Assembly (NCBI RefSeq): GCF_963676685.1
Contig: NC_092346.1
Span: 31,806,001-31,870,000 of the forward strand
DNA: 64,000 nucleotides
Direction of reading: 5' to 3'
Source: Mytilus edulis
Taxonomy: Eukaryota
The first letter of the stretch is position 1. Every line of letters begins with the position of its first letter. This document shows positions 39,196 through 51,959 of the stretch, piece after piece. The notes under the pieces were generated by a model. That model made no database searches. It had not been told where the DNA came from and saw nothing but the letters and a program-made list of their open reading frames with translations. The translations under genes and the position numbers were made by a program.

Positions 39196-39976
39196 ATTAA
39201 CTAAATTTACTTCCTTCTGCATGTTCCAGTTGTATTTATTTAAAAACCTTAAAGATGTTATACATAATTCATAAAGCATTTAGTGCCTTCTAGTATAGTG
39301 CAAGTTGATGCCTTTTATTGAGGAACGAATTTTTTTATGTCGTAATAAAAATATTAATTTTTGTCGTCTTTGTTTCTGTGGAACTTCAACAATAAATTGC
39401 ATAATAATTAGTAGATGAGTGTTTTTATAAATATATGCAAACTTGCTTTTTATTTTTCTTTCTATCATTTTCTCACTTGTACGCTGATGTATTTTTTATC
39501 TACAAGGCTATTTTCGCCCTCGGTATCCTGATATTTTAAAAAGCTATTTAACACAAAATTGGCATATATCATCAGCAATTTAGTTTTCATCTGCGGGTTG
39601 TTGTTAATTAGCTCTCTGTAAGCAGTCTAAAGGTAAAACTCTGAGATGAAACTTTTATCTTTGGTGGCATGGCTCTTATGCAAATTGCATTTCTTTTAAG
39701 CTTGTTATTCTTGACAGAATCTCACATCTCCTGAGGAGCGAAAATCTTTCCAATTGAAATTCCTCTTCCCTCATAACGAGGGTCTGTAAGTGGGTACTAA
39801 ATGGTTTAAATGTGATCTAGATGTACCTTTAAGTGTTCCCTATCTGTTTTCAGTTTATACAAGGCCGTTCTTTGTTTCACATGCTGTTAGGAGTAAGATA
39901 TTCTCTCAAAAAAAACTATGCATATAAGCACTATTGTTCGGTAATAAAAGTGTTTTTTTTGTTAATAGCACTTTAC
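39196..39976. other. About 0.8-kb segment present only in copy 2 of the Meis intron
   Basis: Flanks align to copy 1 at about 1735. No clear TIR or TSD was recognised. Confidence 0.6.
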
Positions 39977-40158
39977 GTTCAAAACAGTAATATTAATTTT
40001 GTCGAAATTTCAAATGTCGAAAAGTATTAATACAATCGGTGAAGTTTCTAACCACAAATATTTGATCTGAATACAAAATAATTATACTGCATGTAAAAAC
40101 AGATGTTTTATAAAGATGAATACTAAGACAAACATAATCATTGTCTTAATCTTTTCAG

Positions 40159-40233
40159 CACCAGGAGGTCATGGATATAGTCCAGAGAGTATGGGTTGGG
40201 ATAGCCAGGCCATGGCACATATGAGTCCTCACA
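40159..40233 (+). CDS. Meis: Meis penultimate exon (copy 2)
   Basis: Identical to 1932-2006. The donor is gtaaat instead of gtaagt. Confidence 0.88.
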
Positions 40234-40709
40234 GTAAATAGTTTGAACACCCCTGTACATATTTTGTGTTCTGATAAATTGAAAGATCAGATTAAGATGA
40301 ATCTGTTAATCTCAGATTAGGCTTAATGGTTCATCAAAGGTTAAGTCAATTTGTTCACAGCTTAAGTGTAATTTGTTCACAATTTAAAAGTTAATGTGAA
40401 GCTTAATTGGTTCAAAGGATAAGCTCATAGAAAACAAACAATGTAAAAATTGTTAAAGCACATGAAATCTTTCTGAATTAATATTGAGATTGAATGTGAA
40501 GGAGATATTGGGTATATACAAATGAGACAGCTACCTAATAACTTGTAGAAGAAAAAATAAGACATTTTTTGAAGTTCTGTGTCATATTGGGCTTAAATAA
40601 GCAAAGCAAAAGTATATAGCAATGCATACTTATAAAAGTGACAATTTAAGTTTTGAAAGAATTAATTACATGATAAAAAATTTAATATTATTTTTTTTTT
40701 TAATTCCAG

Positions 40710-41050
40710 TGTTCCAAGGAAGACATGGTAGTGAAATGTATGATCAAATGAAGGGATATTCTCATATGGAAGGACAAAGATACGATATGCTTGGAGTTCA
40801 GGGTATGCATAGTAGTGACATGTTCGGAAGTACTGCTGTCAGTGGCAGTAGTTCATACTCTCAGATGTCACAGTTACGACCACCAGTTCATTCGCAAGCA
40901 ATGCTAATACCAGGGCATCCGCATCATATGATGATGGGACACGGAGCCGACGGCATGAGTCCCATGTCAATGGGATCTGCTCAAAGTCCTCCATTACATG
41001 GCAGCTTGGACAGTATGGGTGCACACATTCAGGATATTCATGCTGGATAA
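40710..41050 (+). CDS. Meis: Meis terminal coding exon (copy 2)
   Basis: Intact ORF. Differs from copy 1 by T>S (AVTG/AVSG), H>D (GAHG/GADG) and a few silent changes. Confidence 0.9.
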
Positions 41051-42750
41051 ATATCAGGAGTAAAAACTTTGTGCTTTAAAAAGAACAAGGACATTTGGCT
41101 TGGCCTGCGAACATAATTAAGCCAAGGAATAAAGCGTGACTTACAAGTATTTGTGGGTACGGTAGTTTAAAACTACGGCCTATTTTATTACAATCACGGT
41201 GATCTCTCAATCATTTAGCAGTCACACATTGTGTGGAATCTAATTCCTAACGGTTGCAGGCTAGCCAAGGGAAGTAACTGGTGTGCTAGTCAATCTAACA
41301 GAGTAAGGGAGTCGACAACTGACTGCAGTTTTAAAACTAGTCTTCACAACTTGTTATAATGGGATATGGGGAAAACTACGCAAAAGTATTATTAAAAAAA
41401 AAACTCAGTTCATGTTGACAATGAGTTGCCAAGTATTATATATGTATTTTGTTGTCTCTGGACAAGAAACACGTCTTGGTCACATATGTGCCGCATACCT
41501 CATGATGATCAAAATAAATGTACATTTGAATGGCCATGACTTTGTAAAGCATTCCACGTCAAAGTATGTTCTGTCAAACATCAACTCTTCAGTTGAAGGA
41601 ATATGTTTTTGTGCCATGGAATATTTGAATTTTTTGTCACATGACATTGTTAAACCAATCAGAAGAGTTGCCCTGTAGTGGGGTGACCAATTAAATTAAA
41701 GCTTTAAGATTTACCTCATTATTATTCCTTTGTAATTATAGCCAGTTCCATTGTGTTGGAAGTGGACATTTTATTTAATGGTGCATGTTAAAAAAAGTAT
41801 TTGGTGCAAATTATTTGTATAGTAAAGATGTTTGTTGAATGTATGTTTATATATGTTATTGTGTATGAAAGTGAAAAATCATTATTTGGAGAGTTTTTTC
41901 TTTGTGTGACATTTTTATACTTTCTGGCCAGGCTGTTTAGATCTACTTGCAGTTTAATTTGTAAATGTTTTGTTGTTTTTGTTGAAGTTTGTTTGAATTT
42001 TTTTTTTTAGATTGAACAAATTTTAAGCTTGCTATTTATTCGATCTGCCAGATTTTATTCTTTTGATAATTAACCAATTTGTTTTTGGTTTGTGATTTGT
42101 TACAGAATGATTTTTTTTTGTTTTTTTCTTTTATCTAAAAACAAGTACTAAGTTATTTCTAAGTGCTGACCATTTATTTATGATGTTTTTAAAAAAATGT
42201 TAAAGTGCAGATTTTAAACTGGCATGTAATTACTACATGTGTATTTAATTGTAAAGTAATATTAATGTCAGAGACTGCTGAAATCTTTCCTTTATCTTTT
42301 TGTACTGATTTTAACTAGAGAAAGACATATTTATATGTATATCTGTAGCAATTATTTTAGATTGTTTCAAGATGTCCGATATTACATTTCTTAACTATAC
42401 TTCTTTTATGATTCCCCAATAAATATATATTTACATTTTTTATCATTTCAATGCCAGAATGAACAAAAAATAACTGAAAAAGATGTATCAAATTTTCAGA
42501 AAATCTTAGACAATCATGCACGAGGTTTACCAAAAATACACTGAAATTGATTATTGTCTGAATGTGTCTGACTATGAGGAAATGAAAGATTGCAATGATG
42601 TGTGTGGTGAAGTGTGGAGCTGAGCTTGATGCTTAGGGACTTGTGAAAAATTTTAGGGAATTTTAATACGAGATTGTCAAATATTTTGAGCAAAATTCCA
42701 GAGAAATAAAAATTGTTGTAATAAACTAATTGCTTGTGTTTTATTATATT
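41051..42750 (+). other. Meis: Probable Meis 3'UTR (copy 2), AATAAA at 42705 and 42720
   Basis: Near-identical to 4194-5890. Confidence 0.6.
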
Positions 42751-42919
42751 TGTTTGTCCAATATGTACCTGTTATTAAATGAGGCTGACGATATCAAAGG
42801 GCCATCTATTCAAAACTTGTAAGTCAAAGGAAGGATTTGTATCTTACTATCAAATCGTTGGTGGAAGAAAAGCTGACAACAACATGGCAAAAAAAAAAAA
42901 CAACAAGAAACAACTAGCT

Positions 42920-43215
42920 TAAATACAAACATGTCAATAAAAAACTGGATAGAAAAATTAATTGGCCTTTAGTATCAAAATCATACTTGGTCAAAATACA
43001 AAAATGTCAACAAAAAAAATCATAGAAATATACTTTGGCCTTTAGTATCAAAATCATACTTGATTGAAATACAAAAGTGTCAACAAAAAACTTCATAGAA
43101 AAATTCATTGGACTTTAGTATCAAAATCATACTTTATTAAAATACAAAAATTCCAACAAAAAAACTTCATAGAAAAATACATTGCCCTTTAGTATCAAAA
43201 ACACTTGGTTGAAAT
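42920..43215. repeat. 74-bp minisatellite, about 4 units
   Basis: Same unit as 6060-6650. Confidence 0.9.
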
Positions 43216-44804
43216 GAAAAGGAAAAAGAATTCATATCTCAAATTTTCCTTCAAAGATAAAATTTCAAATCATAAAAAAAAGAAGATTTGCACTTGTTGA
43301 AACTGAAGATTGAAGATTTAAAAGATGATAAAAATGATCAGTCAAATATTTGATTTTTCCATGATTCATATGGTACCAAAACTAGTTCAGATAAAACCTT
43401 CTGATTAGATATAAGAAGATGTGTTATGAGACAAGTCTCCATCCAGGTCAAGGTCTTGAACAAGGAGCCCTGGCTCACACCATACAGCAAGCTATAAAGA
43501 GCCCCCAAAATAAAAAGTTCTATTTGTATGACCCACCTAAGATAGTAGAGGGGCATCATGTTTTTTGATCTGTGTGTCTGCCCACCTACAATAGTAGAGG
43601 GGCATTATGTTCTGGTTTGTGTGTCTGTTCGATTGTTCGTTTGTCTGTCCTGCTTCAGGTTAAAGTTTTTGGTCAAGGTAGTTTTGGATTAAGTTGAAGT
43701 CTAATCAACTTGAAACTTCGTATACCCTATGATACGATCTTTCTAATTTTAATGCCAATTTTGATTTTTTGACCCAAATTTCACTATCCATTGAACATAG
43801 AAAATGATAGTGCAAGTTTCAGGTTAAAGTTTTTGGTCAAGGTAGTTTTTGATTAAATTGAAGTCCAATCAACTTGAAACTTAGTACACATGTTTCCTAT
43901 GACTTGATCTTTCTAATTTTAATGCCAGATTAGATTTTTCACCCAAATTTCACAGTGCACTAAACATAGAAAATGATAATGCAAGTGGGGCATCGGTGTA
44001 CTATGGCCACATTCTTGTTCTTCATGTCTTTTATCATATAGATACATAAAGTACAACAATTGAGGGAAAGAAAATATGAAATAAAGTCTCCAATTTTTTT
44101 TCCCCTACTGATTTTCATAGTCCATTTTCAGGAATCTTTTGCCTGAAATGCATGACAAATTTATTAAGATCAATTTATATTTGTTTATTTCTTTAACAGT
44201 CATTCATAAATAAAGTATGTAAATTTATATATTCAATTTTTTAGAATATGTTGACATGAATTCACCTTCATTTTTATTTTAACTAAGTTAGGTTTGATTT
44301 TTTTATAATGAACAATTATACGTTGAGAAACTAAGATAGAACAAGTATTGTGAAGGTTTTTTTTACTTGTTTGGTATCAGTTTTTGTTGATTTAATTTTC
44401 CCTTCTATTAACGAAAAATGAAATACATATTTTTATTGAGTCAAAAAGTGTTCATTTTACATCTACAACTTTAAAACATCACAAACCAACATTGATTACA
44501 CATACCAAAAAATGTTACCAAAGAAGAAAAGCCTCTACCTAAAAAGCTCCCAACAACCATATGTTAAGTATATAACCTTTTATATAGGAGAATATCTGAA
44601 ATACAACAAGATGAAGGAAAAAATAATATATAAATAGAAAAAGAACAAAACATCTTGATTTACCATTATAAATCAGGCACTTACTATCTAAGGAGGAATA
44701 ATCAAGAACAAGATTGCAAATATCAAATATGAATAGAAGATCAAAAGAGCATTTCCCAAAAACCAACTGACATCAAATGTAAAACTATTAAATAGGTAGT
44801 AACC

Positions 44805-47800
44805 TAGTGTTATCAGGTTGTCAGTATCAACTGTAGTGTTGTCAGTATCCACGATAATAATATTCGAGTTGTCAGTATCCACTGTAGTGTTATCAGAGTT
44901 GTCAGTATCACTGTAGTGTTATCAGAGTTGTCATTATCCACTGTAATGTTATCAGAGTTGTCAGTACTATCCACTGTAATGTTATCAGAGTTGTCAGTAT
45001 CCACTGTAGGGTAACCAGAGTTGTCATTATCCACTGTAATGTTATCAGAGTTGTCAGTTTCCACTCTAATGTTATCAGAGTTGTAAGATTCCACTCTAAT
45101 GTTATCAGAGTTGTCAGTATCCACTCTAATGTTATCAGAGTTGTCAGTATCCACTGTAATGTTATCAGAGTTGTCAGTATCCATGGTAGTGGTCTCAGAG
45201 TTGTCAATATCCACTCTAGTGTTATCCAAGTTGTCATTATCCATTGTAATGTTATCAGAGTTGTCAGTTTCCACTCTAATGTTATCAGAGTTGTAAAATT
45301 CCACTCTAATGTTATCAGAGTTGTCAGTATCCACTGTAATGTTATCAGAGTTGTCAGTATCCATGGTAGTGGTCTCAGAGTTGTCAATATCCACTCTAGT
45401 GTTATCCAAGTTGTCATTATCCATTGTAATGTTATCAGAGTTGTCAGTTTCCACTCTAATGTTATCAGAGTTGTAAAATTCCACTCTAATGTTATCAGAG
45501 TTGTCAGTATCCACTGTAATGTTATCAGAGTTGTCAGTATCCATGGTAGTCGTCTCAGAGTTTTGAATATCTACTGAAGTGTTATCATGGTTGTCAGTAT
45601 CCACTAAAGAGTTATCAGATTTGTCAGTATCAACTATAGTGTTATTAGAAATGTAAGTATCAACTGTCGTGTAATCAAAGTTGTCAGTATCCAGTAATAT
45701 ATGTTATCAAAGTTGTCAGAATCCCCTGTAGAGTTATCAAATTTTTCAGAATCCACTTTAATGTTATCAAAGTTGTCAGAATCCACTGTAGTGTTATCAA
45801 AGTTGTCAGAATCCACTGTAATGTTATCAAAGTTGTCAGAATCCACTGTAGTGTTATCAAAGTTGTCAGAATCCACTTGTGTTATCATAGTTGTCAGCAT
45901 CCACTGTTGTGTTAGGCAGCAACCATTTGATTTTCTGGGGGGGAGGGGGGCTATGGATTTTTTTTGGACAAAACAGTTTGTTTCCAATTTTTGAAGAAAA
46001 AAATAATTTGTTTTTGACCCTGAGAAAAAAAAATGTTTATTTCCCCTCAGCTGCCACTAAATGTAATGCTAAGATTGAGAGAAAAAAATTGTTTCGACTT
46101 GCCAAAAAATTAGACTGTCAAAAATGTTTGTCCAGAAAAAAACATCCATAGCCCCCCCAAAAAAAATCAAATGGTTGCTGCCTTATAAGAGTTATCAGTA
46201 TCTATTGTAGTATTAACAGAGTTGTCAGTATCCACGATAATGTTATCAAAGTTGTCCGTATCTACTGTAGTGTTATCAAAGTTGTCAGTATCTAACGTCA
46301 GTTATCAAAGTTGTCCGTATCTATGTACTGTAGTGTTATCAGAGTTGTCAGTATCTAACGTCATGTGATCAAAGTTGTCCGTATCTACTGTAGTGTTATC
46401 AGAGTCGTTAGTATCTAATGTCATGACATGAGAGTTGTCAGTATCTACTGTATTGTTATCAGAGTTGTCAGTATTTACTGTAGTGTTATCAGAGTTTTCA
46501 GTATCTAATGTCATGATATCAGAGTTGTCAGTATCTACTGCAGTGTTATCCGCATTGTAAGTATCCACTGTAGTATTGTCAGAGTTGTCAGTATCCACTG
46601 TTGTGTTATCAGAGTTGTCAGTATCCACTGTAATGTTATCAGAGTTGTCAGTATCCACTGTAATGTTCTCAGAGTTGTCGGTTACCACTGTAGTGTTATC
46701 AGTGTTGTCAGTATCCACTGTAATGTTATCAGAGATGTCAGTATCCACTGTAATGTTATCAGAGTTGTCAGTATCCACTCTAATGTTATCAGAGTTGTCA
46801 GTATCCACTCTAATGTTATCAGAGTTGTCAGTATCTACTGTAGGGTTATTAAAACTAGATATCTAGTTTAGTTATCAGAGTTGTCGGCACCTGTTATAGT
46901 GTTTTCAGTGTAGTTACTATCTACTATAGTGTTTCCAGAGCTATCAGTATCCACTTATTGTTTTCAGAGTTGTCAGTCTCAACTGCAGTGTTATCAGAGT
47001 TGTTAGTATCAACCGTAGTGTTCTCAGAGTTGTCAGTATCGACTGTAGTGTAATGTCCACTGTAGTGTTATCAGAGTTGTCAGTATCGACTGTAGTGGTA
47101 CATAGTTGTCAGTATCTACTGTAGTGGTAGATAGTGGTCAGTATCTACTGTAGTGGTACATAGTTGTCAGTATCTACTGTAGTGGTACATAGTTGTCAGT
47201 ATATACTGTAGTGGTACATAGTTGTCAGTATCTACTGTAGTGGTACATAGTTGTCAGTATCGACTGTAGTGTTATCAAAGTTGTAAGTATCTACTGTAGT
47301 TTTATTATAGTTGTCACTATCTACTTGGTGTTTTCAAAGTTGTCATTATCCACTGTAATGTTCCCAGAGCTGTCAGTATCCACTTAGTGTTTTCAGAGTT
47401 GTCAGAATCTACTGTAGTGTAATGTTATCAGAGTTGTCAGTATATACTGTAGTGTTATCAGAGATGTAAGTATCCACTGTAGTGTTATCAGAATTGTCAA
47501 TATGCATTGTAGTAGCACATAGTTGTCAGTATCCACAGTAACGCTATAAGAGTTGTCAGTGTCAACTGTAGTTTTCGCATAATTGTTAGTATCCACTGTA
47601 GTGTTCTCAAAGTTGTCAGTATTCTCTGTATTGTAAAAAGAGTTGTCAGTACCCACTGTAGTGTAACCAGAGTTGTCAGTATCCACTGTAGCGTTATTAT
47701 GTTATGACTATATACTTTAGTGTTTTCAAAGATGTCAGTATATATTGAAGTGTTAACAGAGTTGTCAGTATCCACTGTAGTGTTATCAGAGTTGTCAGTA

Positions 47801-48150
47801 TCCACTTTAATGTTATCAGAGTTGTCAGTTTCCACTCTAATGTTATCAGAGTTGACAGTATACACTGTAATGTTATCAGAGTTGTCAGTATCCATGGTAG
47901 TGGTCTCAGAGTTTTGAGTACTATAGATTTATCAGATTTGTCAGTATCAACTATAGTGTTATCAGAAATGTAAGTATCAACTGTCGTGTAATCAAAGTTG
48001 TCAGTATCCAGTAATATATGTTATCAAAGTTGTCAGAATCCACTGTAGTGTTATCAAAGGTGTCAGTATCCACTGTAATATTATCAGACTTGTCAGTTGT
48101 CTCTTAATTGATATCAGAGTTGTGTCCAGTCATATTATCAGATTTGTCTA
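44805..48150. repeat. 30-bp satellite array (copy 2)
   Basis: Same consensus and largely the same order of variant units as 10208-13476. Confidence 0.96.
45915..46182. mobile_element. PIF/Harbinger (Tourist-like) MITE with TTA target duplication
   Basis: TIR ggcagcaaccatttgatttt / aaaatcaaatggttgctgcc with TTA on both sides. The empty site gtgTTAtaagag is in copy 1 (about 11667-11678). Confidence 0.9.
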
Positions 48151-48164
48151 ATCTTTTAATTACC

Positions 48165-49593
48165 AAACGTGACTTATTCCCGATTGTGACTGTTTTGCTG
48201 AGTGTGAATTCGCATTACTATAAGACGTGTTACGGTACTTGTCTATCCCAAATTCATGTATTTAGTTTCAATGTTTAATGTTATATTTGTAATTCTCATC
48301 GGATTTTGTCAAATGTGTTGATGTCTTTTCTATTATATTTATGTGTTATGGTAAATAATATTAATCACTGCATTCATTTATTAGATTTCATTTTGTTCAA
48401 CGTAATCAGTACGATATTTTACGTTTGAAGTCAGATTCAAAACAAACCGGACATAGCTTTATAATATAGTTAATTGCTACCTTAGTTTGCTAATAATAAA
48501 TATTAAAATGTGCATTGTTATTAAATGCAATATCAGTATTTAGTTCAAATATAATCTCAAATCGATCCTAATTCTATCTTATTCATTCAAATGACGTCAT
48601 TTTTCATTTTTTGATGATCTGTTTTACAAATTCAAATGACGTCATCATTTTTTGTCACTTTTTACAATTTCAAATATGACGTCACTTGGCGTTGGGGTTT
48701 GGGCTTGTTCGGATGTGTCTTCATTTTGTGTTGCAAATGTCTGGTTATGTAATGTATTTCAGTTGTTTCCTGTAATTAGTTGATATTTCAGTTCTATCAT
48801 GTACAGCTTCTGTTTAATAATTTTATAAATTTACTGTTTGCAAAAGTATAAATTATTCTAAATAATAAGGATGTTCTGGTAACTAACAGAAAACTCTGGC
48901 CGTTTTTGGCACAACTTTTTTGATCTTTTGGTCCTCGATGCTGTTCGACTTTGTGCTTGTTTCGGCTTTCAAACTTTTGTATCTGGGCGTCACTGGTGGA
49001 TCTTGTGTGGATAAAATGCACTTCTGACGTATTAAAATTTTCAACTTGTTGCCTTTTGTTGGCTGTTGTTCGTGTGTTTTTTTGTCAATTGTATTCTCCA
49101 ATTTATTTATATTGTAGTCCTGTGGTGTTGAGTTGTCATTTTAATGTTATATTTCACATGGCTATGAAAGGGGAGGTTTGGCATGCCATAAAACCAGGTT
49201 CAACCCGCCATTTTTTTCTTTAAAAATGTCCTGTACCAAGTCAGGAACATGGCCATTGTTATATTATAGTTCGTTTCTGTGTGTGTTAAATTTTAACGTT
49301 GCGTCGTATGTTTTCTCTTTATTTTGAGTGCAAATTCACATTGCGATAAGACGTGTCACGGTACTTGTCTATCCCAAATTCATGTATTTGGTTTTGATGT
49401 TATATTTGTTGTTCTCGTAGAATTTTGTCTGATGCTCGGTCCGTTTCTGTGTGTGTTACATTGTAGTGTTGTGTCGTTGTTCTCCTCTTATATTTAATGC
49501 GTTTCCCTCAGTTTTAGTTTGATACCCCGATTTTGTTTTTTTGTCCATGGATTTATGAGTTTGAACAGTGGTATACTACTGTTGCCTTTATTT
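48165..49593 (+). mobile_element. Composite dispersed repeat containing a decayed retrozyme/hammerhead (48987-49030)
   Basis: The motif taagacgtgt.acggtacttgtctatcccaaattcatgtattt is duplicated (about 48221 and 49348). The 3' end gtatactactgttgcctttattt is also seen inverted at about 55012 and 59826. Confidence 0.65.
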
Positions 49594-50229
49594 GTCACAC
49601 GTTTAACCAACATTTAAGTCTGAACGACTTCCTAACATGTATATACTTATAGATCAAATATGAATAGCTACAAATAAAGTCAAAGTGATAACCATAGAAA
49701 ATAATAAATGTATCCACAGATAATATTCGTAGATAATCGTGTTCTTTTCTTTTATATTCAGCATTGTTTATCTTGTTATCACAATGAAATAAATCTTATA
49801 TCTTTAATTATTGTATTGCTGTAATATTACATATTTGTAGGTATTAATTTTTGTCATACTAGTATCTTTATTTCTTCTTTTGTGTTATTTTCAGAAATAA
49901 AGTCGGTTGTATTTACTTTGTTAGCCAGATCTGTAATGAGTCAATCAGTTTTTGGTCAGATGTTTTGTTGTCGTGTTATTGGGTTATTGTTATTACCTTA
50001 ATATTTTGTTGAGTAAATGTTAAATGTTCCAAATCAGTGTTATTGGCATATTCATCGCTTGTCATCATGATTCGTCACTGTGCTATTACAGATATATCAT
50101 TCGTCAAAGCGTTATTGTTAAAATCATGATTAGTCGGTTTATAATTGTTAGAATCAAATTGTAATTGACAAAAGTATGTCTGATTTTAAGTCATTGTTAT
50201 AATCTTAATAACAATAATTTTAATAACAA

Positions 50230-51490
50230 TAATGTGTTAAATATTACTCAATGTGTTATTGTTAGAATCATGAAATTAGTCAATGAGTTATTGTTAGAAT
50301 CATAATATTAGTCAATGTGTTATTGTTAGAATCATAATATTAGTTAATGTGTTATTCTTTTAATCATAATATTAGTCAATGTGTTATTGTTAGAATCATG
50401 ATATTAGTCAATGTGTTATTGTTAGAATCATGATATTAGTCAATGAGTTATTGTTAGAATCATAATATTAGTCAATGTGTTATTGTTTTAATCATGAAAT
50501 TAGTCAATGAGTTATTGTTAGAATCATAATATTATTCAATGAGTTATTGTTAGAATCATAATATTAGTTAATGTGTTATTGTTTTAATCATGAAATTAGT
50601 CAATGAGTTATTGTTAGAATCATAATATTAGTCAATGTATTATTGTTACAATCATGATATTAGTCAATGTGTTATTGTTAGAATCATAATATTAGTTAAT
50701 GTGTTATTGTTAGAATTATAATATTAGTCAATGTGTTATTGTTCTAATCATAATATTAGTCAATGTATTCTTGTTAGAATCATAATATTAGTCAATGTGT
50801 TGTTGTTAGAATCATAATATTAGTCAATGAGTTATTGTTAGAATCATAATATTAGTCAATGTATTCTTGTTAGAATCATAATATTAGTCAATGTGTTATT
50901 GTTAGAATCATAATATTAGTCAATGTGTTATTGTTAGAATCATAATATTAGTTAATGTGTTATTGTTAGAATCATAATATTAGTCAATGTATTCTTGTTA
51001 GAATCATAATATTAGTCAATGTGTTGTTGTTAGAGTCATAATATTAGTCAATGAGTTATTGTTAGAATCATGATATTAGTCAATGAGTTATTGTTAGAAT
51101 CATAATATTAGTTAATGTGTTATTGTTAGAATCATAATATTAGTTAATGTGTTATTGTTTTAATCATAATATTAGTCAATGTGTTATTGTTTTAATCATA
51201 ATATTAGTCAATGTGTTATTGTTTTAATCATGATATTAGTCAATGTGTTATTGTTAGAATCATAATATTAGTCAATGTGTTGTTGTTAGAATCATAATAT
51301 TAGTCAATGTATTATTGTTTTAATCATAATATAAGTCAATGTGTTATTGTTTTAATCATAATATAAGTCAATGTGTTATTGTTTTAATCATAATATTAGT
51401 CAATGTATTATTGTTAGAATCATAATATTAGTTAATGTGTTATTGTTAGAATCATAATATTAGTCAATGTGTTATTGTTTTAATCATGAT
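50230..51490. repeat. 32-bp satellite (aatgtgttattgttagaatcataatattagtc), about 39 units
   Basis: Clear 32-bp period, e.g. atattagtca at 50881 and 50913. Confidence 0.96.
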
Positions 51491-51523
51491 ATCATTGCAG
51501 ATATATTGTCGATTTTGATCTGA

Positions 51524-51567
51524 GCGTCACTGATGAGTCTTATGTAGACGAAACGCGCGTTTGGCGT
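51524..51567 (+). ncRNA. Type I minimal hammerhead ribozyme (GUU cleavage triplet, predicted cut after 51561)
   Basis: gcgtca CTGATGA gtct-tatgt-agac GAAAC gcgc GTT tggcgt. Helix I gcgtca/tggcgt and helix II gtct/agac. Confidence 0.87.
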
Positions 51568-51878
51568 ATAAAATTATAATCCTGGTACTTTTGATAACTA
51601 TTTACACCAGCGGGTCGATGCCACTGCTGGTGGACGTTTCGTCCCCGAGGGTATCACCAGCCCAGTAGTCAGCACTTCGGTGTTGACATGAATATCAATT
51701 ATATGGTCATTTTTATAAATTTTCTGTTTACAAAACTTTGAATTTTTCGAAAAACTAAGGATTTTCTTACCCCAGGAGTAGATTACCTTAGCCATATTTG
51801 GCACAACTTTTAGGAATTTTTGATCCTCAATGCTCTTCAACTTTGTATTTATTTGGCTTTTTAACTATTTTGATCTGA

Positions 51879-51922
51879 GCGTCACTGATGAGTCTTATGT
51901 AGACGAAACGCGCGTCTGGCGT
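51879..51922 (+). ncRNA. Type I minimal hammerhead ribozyme (canonical GUC, predicted cut after 51916)
   Basis: gcgtca CTGATGA gtct-tatgt-agac GAAAC gcgc GTC tggcgt. Confidence 0.92.
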
Positions 51923-51959
51923 ATAAAATTATAATCCTGGTACTTTTGATAACTATCGA

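Larger units (their letters stand above)
51512..51955 (+). mobile_element. Non-LTR retrozyme: 355-nt monomer bounded by ~89-bp direct repeats, each with a hammerhead ribozyme
   Basis: 51512-51600 is repeated at 51867-51955. No credible coding capacity. Confidence 0.88.

Noticed and set aside
44688-47917. Many DTDNSD / VLSELS / WILTTLITL ORFs as genes
   Set aside because: They are by-products of a stop-free 30-bp unit, overlap in several frames and are broken by indels.
51598-51840. 80-aa minus-strand ORF inside the retrozyme
   Set aside because: No recognisable domain; retrozymes are non-coding.
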